Source: Naegleria gruberi
Taxonomy: Eukaryota
Assembly: GCA_000004985.1 (NCBI GenBank)
Contig: GG738854.1
Direction: 5' to 3' (one strand)
DNA length: 64,000 bases
Below are positions 52,001 through 64,000 of the stretch, in pieces. How positions within the stretch are numbered: the stretch's first letter is position 1; each line of letters begins with the position of its first letter. The notes beneath the pieces are model-generated. The model did no database searches and had not been told where the DNA came from. It worked only from the letters and a program-made list of their open reading frames with translations. The translations under genes and the position numbers were made by a program.

Positions 52001-52647
52001 AGTTCACAAAAAAATGCCATTGCACAATGACACCATTCATGATGATATTGTAGTTTTCCAGAAACCATGACATAAATTTTTTCACCTCAACACCAATCAT
52101 TTTTCCATCTCATCCATGTTGATCATTAAAATCCATCTATTCAATCTGTTTTTTGATCAATCTATCAAACAATCGATCATGATTAATCAACAATTTCAAT
52201 CATATTGAATAAAGACTTGATGTTATTTGAAAAGGCTCAATTTTCAGCTAATTATCAAAAGATGTTGTTTGATTTCTTGTGATGTTTCAAAATAAAGAAC
52301 TTTAAAACACAAAAAGTTGTTTTTCCAAGTTGCTTAAAATCATGTTAGAAGCCAATCTCCTCCGATGTGGCATTTGAATATAAATTTCTTATAATCCTTT
52401 CTGAGCTCAACGACAGAAGGTTGCTCCGAACCTTTTTCCACGAATATGTCAAGTGCTCACTCTTGATTTTAATTTGGGATATGGATATTGCAATATTACA
52501 TAAGAGTGTTGGTTCTTGATTAATGATTGCTTACACAAGTTTGGACGTTATTGCTCCTGAACATGTGGTTTTGTTCAAAGAACACCTTATCAAATTTGCT
52601 TTCATTCTCTCCCTTTTTTCAAGTGTTTTATTTATCATGTCAAGTCT

Positions 52648-52697
52648 NNNNNNNNNNNNNNNNNNNNNNNNNNNNNNNNNNNNNNNNNNNNNNNNNN
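52648..52697. other. Assembly gap (run of 50 N)
   Basis: Literal n characters in the sequence. ORFs that span it (52523..52705, 52527..52886) are artefacts. Confidence 1.
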
Positions 52698-52722
52698 TTA
52701 TTTAACAGATCTATCATAAAAA

Positions 52723-54714
52723 ATGTTCACAAACCAAAAGCCACTAACCATCATCACATTACTACTACTCGTTGTCTTGTTTGTGTTTGGAGAAGGAAAA
52801 CTGTCTTTCGCTCAGGACAAAGTTCTTGTCCACTCCTTTGCCAACAAGACATCAATTTCTCCTTTTTATTTCATAAACGGAGCTGAATTTCCAGGTGCAA
52901 CTGGTTCCATGTCCCTCATTTCTGATGGTTTCAATTCTGGTACTTCTGCTAGAATTTCATATAACTTGACAGCTGGCGCCTATGTTGCTGCAATTTACAA
53001 TTTTCCAACTCCACTCAGTTTTACAAAACTTACCTTTGCTATTCGATATGCATGTGCACAAAATGTCAAAGTTTCTTTTAGATTGACGGATTCTACTGGA
53101 CAAACTTTCCAAATGACTGGACTAAACATGCCATTCGAATCTTTGATGAAAGGTTGGTCAGAGGTTTACTTTCAACCAACAAATGCAACTGAATTTTGGG
53201 GAGGAGCCAATGATGGAATATTTCACATGCCATTCAAACAATTTTCCATCGTTTTGGGTCTTGTAGAAAAGATTTCCTCAACTGTCGGCTGTCTAGATTT
53301 TGACAATTTCTATGCCATGAATGAAACTCAACCAATTCAATTGAATTTAACTAATAGAGTGGCAGTACCATGGCCAGGTGACATGTTGTCCAAGATGGGA
53401 GTCTGTGTCCATTCAGCAAATACTGCAGAATTGGATGCAGCCAAAAATGCAGGTTTTTCCATGATTAGAATTGACTTGTTTTGGTCATGGGTTGAATCCA
53501 GTCGTGGAAAATACGTCTGGACAAGCTTTGATTCAATTGTTACCAATTTGAAAGCTAGAAATATGACAGCTCTCTTTATTCTGACCTATAACAATGATTT
53601 ATATAAGGATTCGAATGGTGGTTTCAATGCCACGACCATTGAGGCATTTGCAAATTATTCCAGAGCTGCTGCAAAACATTTTGCAGGAACTGGAACGAAA
53701 TTTGAAATTTACAATGAGGCCAATGGAAATGGGTTTACAGGAGCGACGTATGCTCCATTGGCTGCAGCTGCAATTAAGGCAGTTCATGAGGGAGATTCGA
53801 ATGCTAAAGTTTCGACTAGTGGATTGTCTGGATTTGATTATAATTTCTTAATTAATGAGTTGTTGGGTGGTGCTGGACAGGAGGCAGATGCCATTGGATT
53901 GCATCCGTATGGAGTTGGATATAAATCAGGAGTTGGATCGATGGTTGACGGAGCTAGACTTTACAAGAGCTATGTCAGTAAATATTTACAATCAACCAGA
54001 AGTTCCATTCCACCTGTATGGGATACTGAGATGGGTTTAACCTCTACAGATTACGATCCAACTGGAAGCACCAATGGACACAACTCTGTGGCCATGAGAA
54101 TCCAAGCCAATCGTGCAGTTGAAAGATTACTTGCATCCATGGCCGTAGGTTTCGAAATGTTTCAATATTACGATCTGAGAAATGATGGAAATGATCCAAC
54201 CAATCGTGAACACAACTTTGGCCTCCTCTTCAATAATTACACTGAAAAACCAGCTTTTAAATCAGTCAAGCAATTAAGCAAAATGGTTAGTGGAAAGATA
54301 TTCGATTCATTTATTAGAACTGCACCTTCTCCGTTGACTGCCATGAGGTTTGTGAATGAGAATGAAACTCTTGTGATTGTTTTTGCACAAGTTCAGGATA
54401 TTAAGGCAAAGATTGTGTTGGTTCAAACTCCAAAATTGATTCTTGATGTTTTTGGAAATCAATTGACAGCTAGTCAAAATTCATTGACAGTTACCGATAA
54501 GGATGGAGCAATTTATTTGTTGTATGACAATGAGAAGGTAACTCCTAGTAGTAGTTCAGTTTCTCCAAAGGCAACTTCTTCATCAAGTTTGAAACCAGGA
54601 GCTTCGAATAGAGCTATTGGAAAGTCAACAATAACTTCAGATTCAGGAGTTTCTAATAGATTTTATACATGTTTGATCGCCTGTTTGGCAATCTTGATGA
54701 TCATGTTGCAATAA
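52723..54714 (+). CDS. Secreted glycoside hydrolase, clan GH-A (GH5-like), with N-terminal beta-sandwich-like domain, Ser-rich stalk and hydrophobic C-terminus (GPI-anchor-like)
   Basis: 663 aa. Signal peptide MFTNQKPLTIITLLLLVVLFVFG. Catalytic (beta/alpha)8 hallmarks: FEIYNEANG (NEx acid/base motif, NEP in GH5), WDTEMG (nucleophile Glu), RIDLFWSWVE. C-terminus is a SSSSVSPKATSSSSLKPGAS stalk followed by FYTCLIACLAILMIMLQ. Confidence 0.55.
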   Translation: MFTNQKPLTIITLLLLVVLFVFGEGKLSFAQDKVLVHSFANKTSISPFYFINGAEFPGATGSMSLISDGFNSGTSARISYNLTAGAYVAAIYNFPTPLSFTKLTFAIRYACAQNVKVSFRLTDSTGQTFQMTGLNMPFESLMKGWSEVYFQPTNATEFWGGANDGIFHMPFKQFSIVLGLVEKISSTVGCLDFDNFYAMNETQPIQLNLTNRVAVPWPGDMLSKMGVCVHSANTAELDAAKNAGFSMIRIDLFWSWVESSRGKYVWTSFDSIVTNLKARNMTALFILTYNNDLYKDSNGGFNATTIEAFANYSRAAAKHFAGTGTKFEIYNEANGNGFTGATYAPLAAAAIKAVHEGDSNAKVSTSGLSGFDYNFLINELLGGAGQEADAIGLHPYGVGYKSGVGSMVDGARLYKSYVSKYLQSTRSSIPPVWDTEMGLTSTDYDPTGSTNGHNSVAMRIQANRAVERLLASMAVGFEMFQYYDLRNDGNDPTNREHNFGLLFNNYTEKPAFKSVKQLSKMVSGKIFDSFIRTAPSPLTAMRFVNENETLVIVFAQVQDIKAKIVLVQTPKLILDVFGNQLTASQNSLTVTDKDGAIYLLYDNEKVTPSSSSVSPKATSSSSLKPGASNRAIGKSTITSDSGVSNRFYTCLIACLAILMIMLQ

Positions 54715-54839
54715 CTATAAGAAATAGACTATTGTAGAAGTGTTGACATGTCATGACAGAAGAAAGTAATAAAAAAATTACAGTAAATGGGGTCTAAGGT
54801 TTCGTCAGTAAGTTTTAATGAAGAATAGTTTTGTTTAGT

Positions 54840-55604
54840 ATGAAAAAGCAAGCATCTGTCATTTCCGAAACATATGGAATTGAAAAGGATCAAGTTATTG
54901 AACTATTCAAAACTATTGTAAGTGCGGTGAGAAACTATTAGAAACATTAATTTTTATTAGAGTAGAAGATATCCGTATGGATCAGTTCCGAGAGAAAGTT
55001 TAACCCACATTTTGAATTTGAGAAATCCAACAGGTCCAATGATAGATTCGCTATTCTAGTAAGTTTAGAATTGATGGAAATTGTTTATTCGAAATTGATG
55101 TACATCAATAGTTTATTCGATATTGATAATGACGGGGTCATTTCTATTGCGGAATATATTGCAGTGATGATTATGTGCCAGAGGGCAACACCAGAAGAAA
55201 AAGTTTTATTGTGAGTTTAATTCTTTCCATATTTGTATATTTAATATAATATTATTTTTTTATATTTTTTTAAATATTAAAAGCGCTTTTGAAATTTATG
55301 ATACAGATAGAGTAAGTTTCAATCTTCATTTTAATTTTCCAACAAGAAATTCTAAACTTTCCATATATAGACAGGTAAAATTACCAAAGACGAAGTTGAA
55401 CGAATGATTTGGCAATTATTCAAAAGTTTCCCAGCCGAATTTGAGAAAAGTGGTCTCTCAGTCGACCAATTCATTTCTGAATTCTTTCAAAAACTCGACA
55501 CTGACCACGACAACTCAATTTCTCGAGAGGAATTTCTGAAAGTTGTTTTGGGTGATGATTTAGTTTCAAAAGCTCTACAAAATACAATCAATGCTACAAT
55601 GTAA
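54840..55604 (+). CDS. EF-hand Ca2+-binding protein (calcineurin-B-like / neuronal calcium sensor family), 5 exons including a 28-nt micro-exon
   Basis: Exons about 54840..54917, 54961..55058, 55111..55209, 55284..55311 and 55371..55604. Donors GTAAGT/GTGAGT, acceptors …AG. Spliced product: MKKQASVISETYGIEKDQVIELFKTI|SRRYPYGSVPRESLTHILNLRNPTGPMIDSLF|YLFDIDNDGVISIAEYIAVMIMCQRATPEEKVL|FAFEIYDTDR|TGKITKDEVERMIWQLFKSF…KLDTDHDNSISREEFLKVV… It has EF loops DIDNDGVIS, DTDRTGKIT and DTDHDNSIS. An upstream MGSKVSS + GTAAGT mini-ORF (54787..54813) could not be joined in frame. Confidence 0.55.
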
Positions 55605-55689
55605 GATATCTTTAAGAAGTGAAATAAGGAAAATGATTTATTGAAATTATTGTGAAATAAAAAAGTCAGTTGTCTGGACTGTACTTTGG

Positions 55690-55760
55690 TACTTTGTCAT
55701 GGGATAACGTCACGCTCATTTCAATTTCAATGAATATTTCACTTATAGATGGTGTAATAG
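55690..55760 (-). promoter_or_regulatory. Candidate SECIS element region in the TrxR 3' UTR (unverified)
   Basis: The minus-strand 3' UTR contains …TTGAAATGAGCGTGACGTTATCCCATGACAAAGTACCAAAGTACAGTCCAGACAACTGAC…. Two ATGA cores lie at + coordinates 55716..55719 and 55697..55700, followed by an AAA run and downstream GA, with a self-complementary GUAC…GUAC pair. The fold was not verified. Confidence 0.25.
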
Positions 55761-55801
55761 TTTATACTCCATCACCACTACATTAATAGCAGTGATAGAG
55801 A

Positions 55802-57599
<1,798 letters not shown>

Positions 57600-57677
57600 T
57601 TTTTTTCTGATTGAAAAATTGCTTAATAATTTACTTCATTCTGATTGGTTTATTTACATTGTAAAGTATATTTAAAA

Positions 57678-58283
57678 TTACTTTTTGATAACTGTTTTTT
57701 GAGAGGAACTCTTTTTTGGAATATTTGGTCCTCCTTTCACTTCTTCCATATGCTTTTGAACAATTTTCTTCAATTGTTTTAAGGTACTTTGAGATGGAAC
57801 AATACCCTTCTTATTGACAGGAGTTGAACTGCTGGAAGTTTTGGTTGGTGGAGGAGGTGCTGATTGACCAGTGGTTGGTAACTTGTTCAACTTGTTAAGC
57901 ATTCTCATCCTGTAAGAAAGTAACATTCTATCAATTTGTTTCAAATTATTCACACGATTGGAATCTTGAATCATTTGAATTCTTTCTCTTCCCTGACGAC
58001 TGACCAATGCCTTCTTTGTGGTCCATTCCTTCTTGTTAATGGTTGCAAGACGAAATTTTTCCCTCTTACAGATGAGACTTGGTCTAGCATTAGAATAGTG
58101 ATGTGTTGGAATTGTCTGGACGGCCCAATCCTTGTTGAAGATTCCCTTTTGTCTATTATCTCTAAATTTCAAGCTGGAGGAGAGATTTGGACGATGTGTA
58201 ACTGTTCTACGATTGAGTGATTTGCGAGCAACTTTAAATCTTGCTAAATGAACTCGTTTAGTGACTGATTGTGGTCTGATCAT
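57678..58283 (-). CDS. Small very basic protein (possible mitochondrial ribosomal or RNA-binding protein; family unassigned)
   Basis: 201-aa ORF, Lys/Arg-rich throughout (KRVHLARFKVARKSLNRRTVTHRPN…), with a proline-rich PPPPTKTSSSS segment. No motif identified. Confidence 0.35.
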   Translation of the reverse strand: MIRPQSVTKRVHLARFKVARKSLNRRTVTHRPNLSSSLKFRDNRQKGIFNKDWAVQTIPTHHYSNARPSLICKREKFRLATINKKEWTTKKALVSRQGRERIQMIQDSNRVNNLKQIDRMLLSYRMRMLNKLNKLPTTGQSAPPPPTKTSSSSTPVNKKGIVPSQSTLKQLKKIVQKHMEEVKGGPNIPKKSSSQKTVIKK

Positions 58284-58427
58284 TTTCTTTTTAGTTTCGA
58301 ATGTTTGTTAGTGGTGGTGTTGAAGTAGAAAAAGTGAAATGGTTTTGTGCTAAACGAGTGTGGTAGTTGATTGCTGCTATTATGAATAACAAATTTGGAA
58401 ATGTTATTTATTTGAACATTTTCCAAT

Positions 58428-61314
58428 TTATACATTTTCTACAACTGTTATTTCCTTCTTTTCGTGGAACTCTTTTGGTACATTAAACAATGAAATTACA
58501 GTTTCCAAATTTTTGCAATAGTCCAAAATTTTCTCTGAACCTGCCATGGAACTATCCAAATAAGATAATTGAGAAAAATGTAAGAATTTCAAGTTTGGGA
58601 AATAATTAAATGCTGAATAATCAATGAATGACATGCCTCCTGATGTAATTGTTAAATGGGTAAGATTTGGAAGAGCACTGGTATTCACACATCCAGAGAG
58701 TTGGCCAATATAACTTGTACAGTGAATTGGAATGTAGGTGCCAAACTTTTTCTTGTAGGATGATCTGTATTGGAGTTCAATTCTTGTCAGTAGGGGCCTT
58801 TTATCACATCCCTTTAAAAATTTGGTGCCGTTTTGTGGCTTTAAGCTGCTAATGTTGCACAATGACAATGATTTCATATTTGGATAATTGGTAGGGTCAG
58901 AAAGGGAATCAAAATACTCAGTATCATAGCTGGTGTCTTGAATTCTCAGAGATTCCAAACTAGTACTATCCTTGAAAATAGAGTTCAGTAGATTTACAAC
59001 ATCCACAGAGCAATTAATAATTTCTAATGTCTTGTAGTTATGTACATTTTGTCTATAAATATTCATCTTGGCTGCTGATATTGTTTGATTACTTTTCCAA
59101 TTTGTTATTGTCAATCGTTGAATTTCAGTCTTAGTATTGAACAATTCAAAATAGCTGACAGATATGGTAAGAGTCTTGATTTGCTTTGTCAATAGAGTTC
59201 TAAAACTATCTCCTTGATTAATTGAGGAGAGAGAGTTGACATAGGCTTTGTCAATAAGTGGACATTCCAAATCTACAATATTTTTCACCCTGTCTAGTAT
59301 TGTTCCATCTGCCACAAAGTTTGGTCCTTGTATACTCAACATTTGAATATCACGTTCCAATGTAAAGTTTGTCAACTGGTTGCTCTTAATGTAGACTGAA
59401 TCAGATCCTCCTTTCAATCCAGGTCCTAATCTCAAGTCATACAAGTTTGGACACTTGATAGTAATAGAATTATAGGTTAAAAGACAGATATTTTCCAGAG
59501 TTGAGGACTCAATTGTAACTTGCTTGTTGTGGTTTGAGGAATTGTTATAAACTAGGAGAGTTTTCAAATTGGGTAATCTTATAAGATTGATATGGGAAAG
59601 AACTTGTTCAGTAGTGTGTAATTCTTCAATATTTACAAGGAGAGGGAAAATTTTGGCATTCTTTTCTGTAATCTTTCCAATTTTTAATTTACGAATAGTT
59701 GACGGGAATTGAATAAGGTCTGACTCGTTTAGTGTTTCCATTTCTAATTCAATCAAATTCTTGAATCTATTAAGTTCAGAAACAATGGTACAACCCTTCC
59801 TATATGATGCTGAATCCACTAACTTTAAAGATTTGATATTTTCCAAATTGGCAACCACTGGTAGCATTTCATCAAAGAAAACCGAGTAGGTAACACAAAG
59901 TTTTGTCACTATTTTGGGTCAGCACATTTCTTTCAAATAAGAACTTACACTTTTTAGATTTGAAACAATATGTCATGTCTTCAGTTTCTTTCATTCTCAA
60001 TAGGAGAGATAGATCCAATCTCTTTAGATTTTCAAATTCGGGCAATTTAGATTCATCAACTTTCAAAATGACCAACTCCTCAATGCTTGCAGGATCTTCA
60101 AATTCAACATGCTTGTCGAAAAGTTTTGCAATATTAGTACCAGTCGGAATGGTTTTCTTGCTTGAAGATCTAATGTCGAGGAATCCCCAAAGTGAGATGA
60201 ACTCTGGTTCAAATATTGACTTGTTGATTTTAGGGAAAACCTGTGCAATGTCAGAGTCATTGGTTTCAATACTTGAATCATCCCAAGCAACTCTATATTT
60301 GGCATCTCTGTATTTGGCATTTGGAAAGACAACACCACTCGAGGCAAACCATTTAATTAGCCTTTGAGGAATGTCCCAAACTGTATAAATATTTTCCAAT
60401 CTCCAAGAAATGTACTTCTTATAAATTTCCACAAAATGCAATACTGAGTAGTCTGCATCAAAATCCAAATTAAAACAGCTCAGAGCACATGGATGCGAGC
60501 TAGCAGTGTGCCATGTTTTGCAAACTTGAGAAGCTTTAAGAAAATCAGAAAAGTCTAAAAAGGAGAAAACAGTAGACCAAATCTCTGGCAATTGAACAGT
60601 GTTCAATAATCCATACTCACTCATATCATGATTCTTTCCACGGAATAGTAATAACTCTGCTGATTTGCACAGATCACCCAATTTTGCAACCTTGTTTTGC
60701 AAATGTTTCAAGATTGTTATAATGCCTTGACGTTCTGCTGATGGAAGGCTTGGATAATTTAATTCCACAGAATCAAGAAAAGCAATTGATTCCTTTACGT
60801 GATTAACAGCTTGCATCGTAAATTCATTATCAAATTTGATTGAATCCAAGGATACTTCAACCTCCTCTTCTTTTACATCCATCATATCATACTGTTCTGT
60901 ATTTTCATCAAGTGGTGTTGATTTATCATTGGCCTCCTCCTCTTCATCAGTTTTATCCTTCTTCTTTGATTTCTTTTTCTTTGGTTCTTCAGCTTCTTCC
61001 TCCTCAACATTTGATGACGATGATGCAGAAGACTTCTTATTCTTCTTCTTTGGCTTTTCCGAATCATCATTCTTTTTCTTTCTCTTCCTCTTGGTCTTTT
61101 CCTTATAATCAGAATCATCCTCCACTTCAATCACCACTCTATCATCCTCCTCTACTTCTTCCTCTTGCTTACGTTCCTCCTCCTCGTGATCATCAGATGA
61201 ATCTGCTTTTGTCTTGGCCTTTTTACGTCTTGCTGTTCGTGGTGGCATTTTTTTTAAAATAAAATCACAAGAACCATAACAATCGAAATGTAAAACGAAA
61301 AGCAGCGTTCTCAA
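58428..61314 (-). CDS. F-box / leucine-rich-repeat protein with highly charged (Lys/Glu-rich) N-terminal extension, 2 exons
   Basis: ORFs 59872..61314 and 58428..59909 join via a 40-nt intron (minus strand GTAAGT…AAAATAG, + coordinates about 59909..59948), giving …MTYCFKSKK|L|TKLCVTYSVFFDEM… in frame. F-box: LPEIWSTVFSFLDFSDFLKASQVCKTWHTAS. The C-terminal half is LRR-like (LxxLxLxxN periodicity; NLKTLLVYNNS, LENICLLTYNS, LYDLRLGPG…). Confidence 0.65.
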
Positions 61315-61549
61315 GCATCACGTTTTACATGAATTCCTAATTAATGATGATAAAATTCTCACCACACAACCTGAAGCTATGTGAAGCAAAAACCAACAAG
61401 GCAAAGCTGGCTGATCGATTCAAAGAATCTAGTGAAGATTGACTTTTGGTGTTGACGTGAATGGAGAATGACAGGGAATTTTGCTTGAACGTGATGTATA
61501 AATAATTTACAATGTGAAAAATCATTACAAATGATTGAATGATAAATTA

Positions 61550-62332
61550 TTATTGATAGTAAATGTGATGGTTCCTCATAAAATTTTCCACATCTGAACA
61601 AACAAGATCTTGAATGGATTCTCCTTGTTTAGCTCTCTTTCGAACGAGTGTTGAACTACATTCCTCCTGCATAGTTGTTTCAATATGATAAATATCCTTC
61701 TCCCCTTTTCCTATATTACTCAATTGAGAATGTGATGGTCTCTGTAAAATTCCAACTCCAATTTGCAATTTTTTAGGGAATGACAATACATATCTACACT
61801 TGTTAATATGATCAGAACCACACAAGTAAATCAACTTGATTGGGGTTTGAGGAAATTCCTGCTTGATAAACTCATTCAAAGATATAGAGACTTCTGGGAA
61901 ATCAACAAATCCATCACACTCAACTGATTCCCATGCATCAACACTCAAAAAAGGACTCACATCCAAATGTTCCTTCTCAGCTTGTTCAATAGAAATCTCA
62001 CATAATTTCAATCGAGTTTCTGTCTCTATAAAATCCTCTTGTAATTTACTGGCAACATAACTCTTATGTGAAGGTGATATAAACGCTCCTACAACATGAA
62101 TTCCATATTGTTCCTCGAGAGCCTTTTTACACAAGTAGAATGTCTCAATGTGCATCCTATGAACTGGACAATAACTCCCCGTACTCAATATAATGGCCAT
62201 CTGTGTTTTATTCCAATCTCTACCATCATCATTTTGCTGTTGTTTTTTAAATTTTTGTATATTTTGTTTGACTTTATCGAGTGGAGTTGTCTTGTTATTC
62301 CTATCCGGATTCCTATGAAGAAACATGATCAA
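61550..62332 (-). CDS. NMNAT: Nicotinamide/nicotinate mononucleotide adenylyltransferase (NMNAT)
   Basis: 260 aa. AIILSTGSYCPVHRMHIETF matches the nucleotidyltransferase (H/T)xGH-type motif (GSFNPITNMH in human NMNAT1). ISPSHKSY and …WESVECDGFVDFPEV parallel the NMNAT blocks ISPVGDAYKK and DTWESLQ. Confidence 0.7.
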   Translation of the reverse strand: MIMFLHRNPDRNNKTTPLDKVKQNIQKFKKQQQNDDGRDWNKTQMAIILSTGSYCPVHRMHIETFYLCKKALEEQYGIHVVGAFISPSHKSYVASKLQEDFIETETRLKLCEISIEQAEKEHLDVSPFLSVDAWESVECDGFVDFPEVSISLNEFIKQEFPQTPIKLIYLCGSDHINKCRYVLSFPKKLQIGVGILQRPSHSQLSNIGKGEKDIYHIETTMQEECSSTLVRKRAKQGESIQDLVCSDVENFMRNHHIYYQ

Positions 62333-62485
62333 GTAAATTCAATTAATTTTTTTCTTGTTTGTTGTTACTGAGAACTCTCTTGAAGGATGAACCAATATTG
62401 TAATAGTAGATTGTTGCCACAAAATTCAGAAAAAAAAAAAGATACGTTGTCGCCGCCACATCATCGCATACAAACGATCAATTAA

Positions 62486-64000
62486 TTGGTGCCAAAATTA
62501 CATCATCACACCTTTTGTAAATTAAATAGTTTTTGTCGTCATCAAATTATTCATCATAAAATGCAACGTGTCTCTCCGAATATTAATCTTCATAATGAAA
62601 TTTGGGATAACACTACAACAAAAGACATTCCACAAATATTGAAAAATACATCTCCATCACCAAAGTTTTGGAGAAGAGAGGATATTCTGGTTCCCAATAC
62701 AAAAATTCAGGTAAAAAAGGAAATTGAGACAATTCATTTGTTGGAAGAGGAAGAATTTGATTCAACAGAAAGAGAGGAAGAGGAAGAGTATGAAACGGAG
62801 GAAATTGTGAATCATGATAGGTGTATCCTATTGAAAAATATTTTAAGTGAAGAAGAGTGCGAGAATTTGGTTTCAGTTACTGAAAAATTAGGGTATAATT
62901 CTATTGAACATGAATATGTGAAAGAGTATCGTAATAGTGAGAGAGTTGTAGTGACTAGTAAGAAGCTTGCCAATATCATTTGGGAAAGAATGATGTAAGT
63001 TATCAGATCAGCAATTTATTTTACAATTTCATCACACAACAGCCCACATTTGAAAAAGTCTGATTTCAATGGTGTAAAACCTTATGGTTTCGACAATAAG
63101 GGAAGATGGATTCCAATAGGGCTAAACAGCTGTCACAGATTTAACAAATATTCTGAGAAAACCTTCTTCAAACCCCACATGGATGCTCAACATTGTAATA
63201 ATGATAATGAGAGAAGTATTTTCACTGTATTGATTTATCTCAATCACTCTCTATATGGAACTAGATTATTGAAAAAGGTTCCAAATCCCAACTCAAATGA
63301 TGACCCCTCTGTTATGAGTTTCCAAGAGTTGCAATATGTACAACCAAGAATAGGTAATATTTTAATATTCAATCATGACCTCTATCACAGTGGAGATTCA
63401 GTTCGATATGGTAGCAAGTATATTATTAGAACAGAAATGATTTTCAAAAGAGTTGACTCTGAGAGTATTCACAGAATGGACTATAGAAACACTGAAGAAT
63501 TTTTGAAAGTTAAACAACTTGTTGACGAATCCACAGAATTGGAAAAACAAGGAATGGTCAGAGAATCAACTTTGAAATATTTGAAAGCTCACCAGGCCCA
63601 AGTTGATTTATCACACTCTCTCAGATCGGATAATACTGAAAAACATTATAGCTTTATAGAACAAGAACTTCCAGAAGAAATATTTGCTCATATTTTCAAA
63701 TACCTTCCTGTGACTGACGTTGTAAAGAGCGTGTTTTATTTGAACAGGGATATCAATGAGTATGCAAGAAATGCACAATTGTGGAAAGAATTATATCAAC
63801 AAAAATGGCCTTCAAAGTTGACTGTTAATAACGTTGTTGCATATAAGTATAACTATAATTATTCCAAATCTGAAAATGTCCCACCAAACTATATAGATGT
63901 GGAGAGTGCTGAAAACCAAGCTATTGCAAATATTGAATCAGAGAGAACCAGTATTTTTGGTGAGACGCTCAAAGATTGGTATCAAACTTTTATTTGCAGA
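62486..64000 (+). CDS. Prolyl-4-hydroxylase-like 2OG-Fe(II) oxygenase with C-terminal F-box-like motif; 2+ exons, 3' partial (runs off window)
   Basis: Exon 1 62486..62994 and exon 2 63043..>64000. Intron 62995..63042 (GTAAGT…CAACAG) joins …IIWERM|IPHLKKSDFNG… in frame. No stop occurs before the window end. Fe/2OG motifs: HMDAQH (HxD), LYHSGDSV (distal His), KYIIRTEMIF (Arg). N-terminal P4H-type region …RCILLKNILSEEECENLVSV… Further C-terminal: LPEEIFAHIFKYLPVTDVVKSVFYLNRDINEYARNAQLWKELY (F-box consensus LPxEIxxxIFxxL…W). Confidence 0.65.

Noticed and set aside
52648-52697. Run of N treated as possible biological low-complexity sequence
   Set aside because: It is an assembly gap. ORFs and poly-X translations across it are artefacts.
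60836-61262. + strand ORFs (90 and 140 aa) over the F-box gene 5' end
   Set aside because: Antisense of the GAA/AAG-rich acidic-lysine N-terminus. They give poly-Ser/Phe/Leu translations and no independent signal.

Overview
This window is nuclear DNA from an AT-rich (about one-third GC), gene-dense, intron-poor unicellular eukaryote, with roughly 25 protein-coding genes in 64 kb. It is not prokaryotic, so operon and CRISPR logic do not apply. The long uninterrupted ORFs, the few short introns (about 40-130 nt, GTAAGT/GTAGGT...AG), the Ser/Thr/Asn-rich linkers and the very large number of signalling genes fit an amoeboid protist. A heterolobosean such as Naegleria or an amoebozoan is a low-confidence inference; no rRNA or other taxonomic marker is present. 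The one clearly conserved housekeeping gene is proteasome subunit RPN1/PSMD2 (31678..34479). Genes identified by reading the translations: an ALS2CL-like MORN+VPS9 protein; two receptor-type class III cyclase-homology proteins, one apparently catalytically dead and one PAS-containing and canonical; a BTB protein; a three-exon LOG (cytokinin-activating) gene; an ankyrin-repeat protein kinase; a TM+RING E3 ligase; a 3490-aa secreted giant with about 27 tandem bacterial-type cadherin-like ~95-aa repeats, then a vWA domain and a C-type lectin domain; a mitochondrial-carrier-like protein; a 1746-aa receptor with NHL propeller, EGF repeats, GPS motif, 7TM and C-terminal RGS domain; a Frag1/DRAM-like membrane protein; a GH5-like secreted glycosidase next to a 50-N assembly gap; a five-exon EF-hand protein; a selenocysteine-containing high-Mr thioredoxin reductase whose last exon, ending Gly-Cys-Sec(TGA)-Gly-stop, is missing from the ORF track; an F-box/LRR protein; NMNAT; and a prolyl-hydroxylase-like 2OG oxygenase with a C-terminal F-box-like motif that runs off the window end. 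The ORF track allowed non-ATG starts (TTG/GTG seen at several calls). At least nine of its adjacent ORF pairs are single genes split by short introns, and I joined them by eye, so exon boundaries may be off by a few nt. No tRNA, rRNA, transposon or CRISPR was found.
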